Assembly: GCA_016124425.1 (NCBI GenBank)
Contig: WGNT01000054.1
Coordinates: 23-64,022 of the forward strand
Direction: 5' to 3'
Length of the DNA: 64,000 nt
Source: Cytophagales bacterium
Lineage (GTDB): Bacteria; Bacteroidota; Bacteroidia; Cytophagales; Cyclobacteriaceae
Shown: positions 57,321 to 64,000 of the stretch, piece after piece
Position numbering within the stretch: the stretch's first letter is position 1
Layout: every line of letters starts with the position of its first letter
Position numbers and translations under genes: made by a program
Notes under the pieces: model-generated
What the model was told of the DNA's origin: nothing
What the model saw: only the letters and a program-made list of their open reading frames with translations
The model's database searches: none

Positions 57321-58682
57321 ATGATGAGACTTCCGTTTACCGGCCTATTTTTGATCTCCTTTCTAGTCAGTGCCTTTGGTCAGGCAGACGTCGATGAGCC
57401 GGAAAAAGATCAAGAAAGGTCCGTTTTTGTGTTTGAAGTAAAAAGCGACATTGATCCACGAATGAACAGAAAGGTCCGCCTTGCCCTTGAGGAGGCAAGG
57501 AAAATAGAAGCCGACCTCATCATCATCCACATGGATACTTACGGAGGGGCTGTCAATGATGCCGATGATATCCGTACTATGATCCTAGAATCCGACATCC
57601 CTATTTATTCGTTTATAGATAAGGATGCCGCATCCGCGGGTGCTTTGATTTCCATCGCCTGCGATAGCATCTATATGGCTCCCGGTGCGAGTATCGGTGC
57701 CGCCACGGTGGTGATGGGCGGCTCCGGAGAAGCTGCACCGGACAAATACCAATCATACATGCGGTCAATGATGCGATCCACGGCCGAAGCTAGGGGTAGA
57801 GATCCGCGTATCGCCGAAGCCATGGTGGACGAGCGATTGGAAGTTGAGGGGGTAAGTAAGGCAGGAGAAGTAGTTACCTTTACTGTATCTGAGGCAATTG
57901 CCAACGGCTTCTGTGAGGGGCAGGTTGCTTCTATTGAAGACCTTCTCGAAGAGCAGGGTATGTCGGAAGCGAAAATTACTTACTATGAACCATCCGCCAT
58001 TGAAGATGTCATTGCCCTATTTTTGAATCCGGTGGTAAGCGGATTTCTGATATTGATAATTTTCGGAGGCATCTATTTTGAGTTACAGACGCCCGGGATC
58101 GGATTTCCTTTGCTGGCGAGTATCACAGCAATTATCCTGTACTTTATTCCCTACTACCTTACCGGGTTGGCGACTAATTTCGAACTTGTTTTGTTTGTGG
58201 TGGGGGTTGTGTTTTTGCTCGTAGAAATCTTTGTGCTGCCTGGTTTTGGCATATTCGGGATTTTGGGTATCGCGGGTATTCTCGCGGGCCTAACCCTTGG
58301 CATGATTCCAAACGACGCCTTTGACTTTACCTTCGTCGCCTCGGGCACGTTGTTTTCAGCGCTGCTGACCGTCATTATAGCGGCAATTTTAGCCACAGTC
58401 ATCATTTTCACCCTTACCCCTAAGGTAAATGAGTGGAAGGCGTTCAGCAGTATTTCGTTGGCTACTACCCAACAGAAGCTTGACGGCTATACCTCAAGCT
58501 CCTATAGCGATACGCTTGTGGGCAAAGAAGGGATCGCCCATACACGCCTGATGCCGAGTGGGAGGATTCTTGTAGAAGACGAAATCTATGATGCCTACTC
58601 TCGGGGAGAATTCATCGACCGGGGTGAAAAAATTAAAATCATCAGTGCAGAGGGAACCTCGTTAAAAGTGAAAAAAATATAA
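57321..58682 (+). CDS. NfeD (long form: ClpP-like domain, TM region, OB fold)
   Basis: DTYGG, AASAGALI, IYMAPGA.IGAA, E..TPG.G, EIFV.PGFG and G.A.T.L.PSG motifs. Confidence 0.92.
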   Translation: MMRLPFTGLFLISFLVSAFGQADVDEPEKDQERSVFVFEVKSDIDPRMNRKVRLALEEARKIEADLIIIHMDTYGGAVNDADDIRTMILESDIPIYSFIDKDAASAGALISIACDSIYMAPGASIGAATVVMGGSGEAAPDKYQSYMRSMMRSTAEARGRDPRIAEAMVDERLEVEGVSKAGEVVTFTVSEAIANGFCEGQVASIEDLLEEQGMSEAKITYYEPSAIEDVIALFLNPVVSGFLILIIFGGIYFELQTPGIGFPLLASITAIILYFIPYYLTGLATNFELVLFVVGVVFLLVEIFVLPGFGIFGILGIAGILAGLTLGMIPNDAFDFTFVASGTLFSALLTVIIAAILATVIIFTLTPKVNEWKAFSSISLATTQQKLDGYTSSSYSDTLVGKEGIAHTRLMPSGRILVEDEIYDAYSRGEFIDRGEKIKIISAEGTSLKVKKI

Positions 58683-58789
58683 ATTCATTAAGTTCATTTA
58701 CTAATTTCACGGGCTATTAACTTACTCTTATTCCCGTTGCATCCAAATACCAACGGTGCATGTGGAAAAACCGTAAAATCTGCATGTAC

Positions 58790-59554
58790 ATGAATGTATG
58801 GAAAAGGATATATTCCCTATACGGAACGGTGATTTTTTTCTCCGTATTTCTTTTGTTGCTTCCCTTTTTCTTTCTGACCATAGAAATCCCGGGGTTTAAG
58901 CGATATGGTAGAAAACTTAACCGTCTCTGGTCCACGCTTTTCTTTGGATTTCTGCTTATACGGGTAAAAATAGAAAACCTGGACAACCTCCTGTCCCACA
59001 AGGGACCATTCGTGATCGTTTCCAACCACTTCTCCTATTTGGATATCCCCGCCTTGGGGCTTATACCGACAGAAATGGTTTTTGTCGGAAAAGCCTCTTT
59101 GGGTAATGTTCCGCTTTTTGGTTATATGTTTCGCAATTTGCACATTGCCGTTAACAGGAACAGTCTAAAAAGCAGGGGTGAATCCATGTTGCGTGCCAAA
59201 GAAATGCTGGATGAAGGGGCGAGTGTGGTGATCTTCCCAGAAGGCGGCATCAACAGTCCAGCCCCGCCCCTGCTCGGCAAATTTAAAGACGGTGCGTTCA
59301 AGATTGCTGAAGACAAACAAATTCCCGTTATTCCTATCACTTTATCCTTTAATCATTTAATTTTGCCTGATGATGGGAGGTTTTTGCTGCGGCACATGAC
59401 GGCTAAAGTGGTGATTCACCCTCCTGTGCACTGGAATACGAAAAATACCAAGTCGGTGTCCGAAGTAAAAGAACAATGCCGTCAGGTAATTCAGCGGCAG
59501 TTGCTCTCGGATAACCCGGCAGCAACCGCACTATCCACATCAAGTACAAACTAA
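58790..59554 (+). CDS. 1-acyl-sn-glycerol-3-phosphate acyltransferase (PlsC-like); start may be 58760
   Basis: NHFSYLD (HxxxxD), FPEG and FKDGAF motifs. Confidence 0.9.
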   Translation: MNVWKRIYSLYGTVIFFSVFLLLLPFFFLTIEIPGFKRYGRKLNRLWSTLFFGFLLIRVKIENLDNLLSHKGPFVIVSNHFSYLDIPALGLIPTEMVFVGKASLGNVPLFGYMFRNLHIAVNRNSLKSRGESMLRAKEMLDEGASVVIFPEGGINSPAPPLLGKFKDGAFKIAEDKQIPVIPITLSFNHLILPDDGRFLLRHMTAKVVIHPPVHWNTKNTKSVSEVKEQCRQVIQRQLLSDNPAATALSTSSTN

Positions 59555-59598
59555 CACCTACGCTGGGTGATGACCTGGCCTGAAAACGAGATCCATTC

Positions 59599-59886
59599 AT
59601 GAAATTAGATACCAATACCCTAAAAAAAATCGCCCACTTGGCCCGGTTGGAATTCGATGAAGAAAGCGCCGGAAAAATGACTCAAGATATGACACAGATC
59701 TTGGATTGGGTCGAAAAGTTGAACGAACTGGACACCGAGGGAGTGGAGCCGCTGACGACGATGTCATCTGAGGTAAACGTAATGCGCGAAGACGTAGTAG
59801 GCACCCATTTAGATCATGAAAAAGGGCTGAAAAATGCTCCGCAGCGTGATTCTGACTACTTCAGGGTGCCCAAGGTGCTCGAATAA
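59599..59886 (+). CDS. gatC: Asp/Glu-tRNA amidotransferase subunit C
   Basis: IAHLARL, L.ELDT.GVEP, MRED and NAP....YF.VPKV motifs. Confidence 0.96.
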   Translation: MKLDTNTLKKIAHLARLEFDEESAGKMTQDMTQILDWVEKLNELDTEGVEPLTTMSSEVNVMREDVVGTHLDHEKGLKNAPQRDSDYFRVPKVLE

Positions 59887-62690
59887 TGGTCAGTCGCTTG
59901 GATAAAAAAGTTCTTTTTGTAGGTTTTGTCGTTTTGCCCGGCGTACTTGGTATTCTGGCAAGTGTTGCCGGGATGATACTACTTTTGCTAGGTGATAACC
60001 CGACACTACCCATTTTGGCTGGAATTACGGCAGAGAAAGTGAACATCACTCTCGACCAAATTTCCATTGGCATTGCTTCCTTCCCCCTTGAGACACAAAA
60101 TTACTTGTTGTTCCAGGTATTTGAATCACTTCCTCCGAAATTATTCCCCCTGCTTACTCAGGTCTCAGGAATCATACTCTGGATGCTTTTCAGCTTGGCA
60201 CTTACACTTTTTACCGCTTTTAAGCGCTACTATTTTATTGGCGCTGCCGGAGCAGCTATTTTTCTGTTCACGCTGAGCGGTCTTAACGGACTGAACATAT
60301 GGGGTATCGGCTCAAACAACGCGTTGATATTGGCCTTGATTGGTTTGGTTTTGCCCGCTGTGCTGATTCAGACCTTCGTTGATTCAAAGGGCTGGGCCTT
60401 CCGTACAGGAATCGTACTGGCTTTTTCGGCGTTGACTTATATGCTACTTATCTGGCTTTCGGGCGCAATCGCCCCCACGCTGTTGCTTGCAGAAAACATC
60501 AGCCTAATGGCCACCGCTGTCGCCGGTATCTTTCTGATCTACATTGGACACGCGGTGCTGTCCGCCATCTACCTGATGCTGGCCCGGCTAAACCGGGGCG
60601 TTAGTCTGCGGATTTCGTGGCACCTGACCATTTTTGCGGTGATCTACCTGGGAATGCTTGTCTTGATCTTTCTACGCTTAATGGGTGAGGTGGATCTAGG
60701 TTTTCCGCTCCCGCCCACTTTTATCTTATTTGTCATTGTAGGCATCGTTGCCTATGCCGAAACTAGAATGAAGATCCGCGCTGTCCAGCAGCCTTACGAA
60801 CACCCATGGGTTGGAGAAGGCGTGTTCCTGATTGGATTTGCCATTACAGCCTTGGTCTGGTTCCGGGCAGACTTGGTCATGAACACCCCGCAAGTCGACT
60901 TTCTCCAACACGTATTTATCTATAGTCAACTGGGTTTTGGCGTTTTGTTTTTCCTGTACCTGTTCACCAATTTCATGGGCATAATGAACTCAGGCAAAGC
61001 AGTTGACAAAATTCTGTACCAGCCACCATTTTTCTCGGTACTACATATGCGGATCGGCGGCCTTCTAAGCATGTTGATCCTGATCATCTATGCAGACGGC
61101 ATCGTGGGGGTACAATTTAGTACAGCCTCTACGCAGCTCTCGGCAGATTATTATTACGCCATTGGCAAAACCCGTGAGGCTAGTATACTGTATGAAAACA
61201 GCTTTGACCGCTACCGCAACAACGCCAAAGGGATGAATGCCGTCGCCCATATTGCCCTGGAGCAGAAGCAGCCCACGCTTGCGATCAACATACTGACGAG
61301 AAGCTTTGATACGCGGCCACAGGTAGCAGATATTCTGCTCCTAAGTAAAAATTTAATGGACGTGGGCAAACTGACTGAGGCGATGTTTTACCTCAAGCAA
61401 GGCCTTGTTTATTATCCCGACAGCGATTATCTAAGAAACAATCTGGCCATGGTACACAGCCGGATTAATCAGGGAGCGGAAGCCCACCACCTGCTCACTG
61501 AGATGCAAAAGTATCCTGATATCCGCAATGCCAACCTGATCGGCATGGAAATCAAACACCGCCTGGCTCAAAATACGGAAGCATCCGGCAGTAACCTAGC
61601 CGGAACAATCAACACCTTGGTCCGATATAATCAAGCCCGCGAAGAGGCGCCATTTACCCTAAAGACAGACAGTATCAGCCACGGAAGTCTGCTAAACAAA
61701 GCGCTGCTTCGCAACCAATGGAGCAATCGTGCCACGGGAGATATTCAGGCGGATCTGCTGCTATTGGACAGTCTGATCGCCCGAAACTTCCTCCCCTCGG
61801 AGGAGGCGGAACTACGGGAGACAGGCATCATACGCAACTATCAAAGCGATCGAATCAATGAGCTCCTTAAAACGTTAAATGGATTAGCCTATAATTTTCC
61901 AAATAGCGCAGGGTTTTATCATTCCTTTGAGGCATCGGCTTTTCTGGGAGAGATGGATTTTGAGAAATCCGCGCAAGCTTGGGTGCGTGCCGAGGAGAAG
62001 GGCTTTTCAAAGTTTACGGATGAACACCTGCCTATCCTGTACTTTGGGGGAATGCCGGAGGAGGCCGAAATCATCGCGCTAAAATACTCCCTCTCCTATC
62101 CGAATTGGATGGTATGGGATACCAACGGAACCTTGATCCCCAATGATACGCTGCAGTTTGTCCGGGGATTGTCAAGACTGCTTCCCAGCCTAAAAAGAGA
62201 TTTCTGGGAAGATTTTGAGCAGCTTTCAGATCCTCAGCTCAAGGGCTTTTTTGCCTATCAGGTGTTATTGCGAAAGGCACATTGGCTGGAAGAAGGAGAG
62301 ATCGATTCTTTGGCGGAAGCCGTTGCCGCTTCCCCGCCTCCAGGTGCCACTACACTGGAACCACTGATTCAGGCATTGAAGGGTGAAAACGTACCTGATA
62401 AACCGGAAGTGTTGGCCCTTTTAAATCGGTTTTACGGTCAGGAAACTGTCGGAAACGCTTACTGGACCCCGATCCTGCTTCAACGGATGAACGGGATAAA
62501 TGAAAACCTCGACAGATACAACCTCCTGCAGGATGGCGCCCAATTCAACAAGGACCCCTTGCTCTGGATTGAACTGGTACGCTATAGCCGAATATTGGGT
62601 TTAGACCGCTATGCGAGCGGAAACCTGCAAACCATGTCCGGGTGGATCTCAGGAGAGGATTTGATTGAGTTGCAGGTGAAGCATTTTTAG
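59886..62690 (+). CDS. Large polytopic membrane protein with TPR-like C-terminal region
   Basis: About a dozen hydrophobic segments in the first ~410 aa, then TPR-like helices (A..Y.K.GL..YP...YL.NNLA). Confidence 0.8.
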   Translation: MVSRLDKKVLFVGFVVLPGVLGILASVAGMILLLLGDNPTLPILAGITAEKVNITLDQISIGIASFPLETQNYLLFQVFESLPPKLFPLLTQVSGIILWMLFSLALTLFTAFKRYYFIGAAGAAIFLFTLSGLNGLNIWGIGSNNALILALIGLVLPAVLIQTFVDSKGWAFRTGIVLAFSALTYMLLIWLSGAIAPTLLLAENISLMATAVAGIFLIYIGHAVLSAIYLMLARLNRGVSLRISWHLTIFAVIYLGMLVLIFLRLMGEVDLGFPLPPTFILFVIVGIVAYAETRMKIRAVQQPYEHPWVGEGVFLIGFAITALVWFRADLVMNTPQVDFLQHVFIYSQLGFGVLFFLYLFTNFMGIMNSGKAVDKILYQPPFFSVLHMRIGGLLSMLILIIYADGIVGVQFSTASTQLSADYYYAIGKTREASILYENSFDRYRNNAKGMNAVAHIALEQKQPTLAINILTRSFDTRPQVADILLLSKNLMDVGKLTEAMFYLKQGLVYYPDSDYLRNNLAMVHSRINQGAEAHHLLTEMQKYPDIRNANLIGMEIKHRLAQNTEASGSNLAGTINTLVRYNQAREEAPFTLKTDSISHGSLLNKALLRNQWSNRATGDIQADLLLLDSLIARNFLPSEEAELRETGIIRNYQSDRINELLKTLNGLAYNFPNSAGFYHSFEASAFLGEMDFEKSAQAWVRAEEKGFSKFTDEHLPILYFGGMPEEAEIIALKYSLSYPNWMVWDTNGTLIPNDTLQFVRGLSRLLPSLKRDFWEDFEQLSDPQLKGFFAYQVLLRKAHWLEEGEIDSLAEAVAASPPPGATTLEPLIQALKGENVPDKPEVLALLNRFYGQETVGNAYWTPILLQRMNGINENLDRYNLLQDGAQFNKDPLLWIELVRYSRILGLDRYASGNLQTMSGWISGEDLIELQVKHF

Positions 62691-62698
62691 ATGTCCCT

Positions 62699-62733
62699 AA
62701 AACCTTCGAGGTCTTGAAGGCCTCGAAGGTTTT
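62699..62733. terminator. Palindromic hairpin (terminator and/or REP-like element)
   Basis: AAAACCTTCGAGG-N9-CCTCGAAGGTTTT perfect 13-bp stem, 8 bp after the stop. Confidence 0.75.
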
Positions 62734-62877
62734 TAATCCTAAGGAACAACTAATCCATTAATCTCTTACCAATCCTCTTTTTACGGTCTTTCCAAGATCG
62801 AAAAAAGCGGCTTTTCTATCTTTTATAGTATTTCCGTTTTGCCTAAATTTTCCCAAAACTCTAAATCTACTTTGGAT

Positions 62878-63060
62878 TTAATAGGTTATACCCTTTAACC
62901 CCAAATAAATTTCTAACGGAATAAAATCCTTATCCTTATGAAGTAACGTAATGTCGTTTTCTATGCAAAATGTACCTATGACCATATTTATGGTTTTTTG
63001 GCCTGAAATTTTCATGGTCTCCTCAATCAGTTTGTCATCAATTTCGATATTGGTTCTCAT
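62878..63060 (-). pseudogene. vapB'-'vapC in-frame deletion fusion (decayed type II toxin-antitoxin module)
   Basis: N-terminus MRTNIEIDDKLIEETMKISGQKT is VapB-antitoxin-like; C-terminus KTINMVIGTFCIENDITLLHKDKDF...LGL is PIN/VapC C-terminus-like. Confidence 0.75.
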
Positions 63061-63061
63061 G

Positions 63062-63090
63062 ATGCGTATTTTTTCTATTAATATACACAT
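63062..63090 (-). promoter_or_regulatory. Imperfect inverted repeat, probable TA operator
   Basis: ATGCGTAT-N13-ATACACAT (7/8 match) immediately upstream of the vapB ATG. Confidence 0.45.
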
Positions 63091-63250
63091 AAAATCAATA
63101 GTCATACAGTTTTTTCCTAAAAACGCTTCGGTCCCCGCTCAGGAAAATTCTCCCAGCAGGAGTATCGTAAAAATTGGTTCCCACAGCGGACGTAGCAGTA
63201 GACGCTTGAGTAGCGTATTCGAACGCAGAAAATACCTGACACTACCTTGA

Positions 63251-63412
63251 AGGGAATTGGGGCTTCGTCTACGCGACAGCATTCCGGAAAGTGGCGAGGT
63301 AAATATTGAGGAGTTTGATTATGACGATCAGAACCGACTGGTGGAGAGTAGATATTACGATCCAAATTTTGGATTTGGGTTGCAGGGAAGGATTACTTAC
63401 GAATATTACTGA
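63251..63412 (+). pseudogene. Orphan 3' gene fragment with a YD-like beta repeat
   Basis: 53-codon frame RELGLRLRDSIPESGEVNIEEFDYDDQNRLVESRYYDPNFGFGLQGRITYEYY* after an in-frame TGA; no ATG. Confidence 0.4.
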
Positions 63413-63660
63413 GGGCATTTCTTTAGCGATTTAGAAAAAATAGCCTTTTTTCCAAACTTGACAGTAACTGCCGGTAGAAAAAAGTTCACGCAACAGACAC
63501 AACCGCGACGCTTCGGGCGCAATGAATACACGGACTAATGCCCAAGGGAGGTGATCGATTTAATACACCTAGATTTCAATCTTGACATAAAAACAACACT
63601 TATAACCGTTTTGGCCACAAAAATTCTTATACTATCTCAATTCCTTCCACTATCCGAAAC

Positions 63661-63685
63661 GGGTGGGCGTAGTCGAACCCCACCC
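63661..63685. repeat. Small GC hairpin, REP-like (GCGTAGTCGAA core)
   Basis: GGGTGGG-CGTAGTCGAAC-CCCACCC; single copy in the window. Confidence 0.35.
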
Positions 63686-64000
63686 TTGGTTATTGTATTT
63701 GCCCTTTTTCGAGCTTGATAAAACCACCATGATTCCAAATTACCCAAAACCGTATTAACTATCTACCCGGTGCGGTCGTGCAGCATGGCCATCAATCTTA
63801 TTCTTAATTCAAAATCATAAATTTGTGGTTCTTCTTTTCAAAGAAAACTTTTGCTCACTAAAACCTTCAGATTAATTCATTTGCCATAAATTTTCGTACA
63901 TCTTGTATCAGCACTTCCCCAGCTTTAGTGGTAAGCGTTTCATTTTGATCCATAGTAAGCATATAGCCATTATCCATCCCAAAAAAATCCATGGCTTCCA

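Noticed and set aside
63661-63685. GGTTCGACT on the minus strand resembling a tRNA T-loop
   Set aside because: No acceptor, D or anticodon arms can be built around it.

Overview
A 64 kb chromosomal window from a Bacteroidota bacterium, probably Cytophagales (Cyclobacteriaceae-like). The assignment is inferred from the SusC/SusD pair, porX-tsaE, the lpxC-fabZ fusion, bat genes and TAnnTTTG promoter motifs. Most of the window is housekeeping: valS, ppa, ald, lpxD/lpxC-fabZ/lpxA, mutS2, yggS, dacB, coaD, pyrE and gatC. The standout is a tightly coupled locus at 6055-11807 encoding a short MoeY/Rv1355c-type ThiF adenylyltransferase with no nitroreductase domain, an uncharacterised acyltransferase-like (FeeM/LuxI/Rv1356c-like) protein, a 7TM-DISM sensor kinase, a REC-histidine kinase hybrid and a divergent paralogous stand-alone receiver. 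This looks like a small-molecule signal synthase (N-acyl amino acid or oxazolone-type) wired to its own receptor, i.e. a candidate quorum-sensing-like system in Bacteroidota; the function is inferred, not shown. Other points: a SusC/D cluster with no CAZyme but with ASPIC/UnbV, TrpB2 and periplasmic redox enzymes; a GH3 amido-synthetase-LysE operon; a truncated EEP-family gene; and a decayed right end with an in-frame vapB'-'vapC deletion fusion. No rRNA, tRNA, CRISPR array or transposase was seen. All family calls come from motif recognition by eye; no searches were run.
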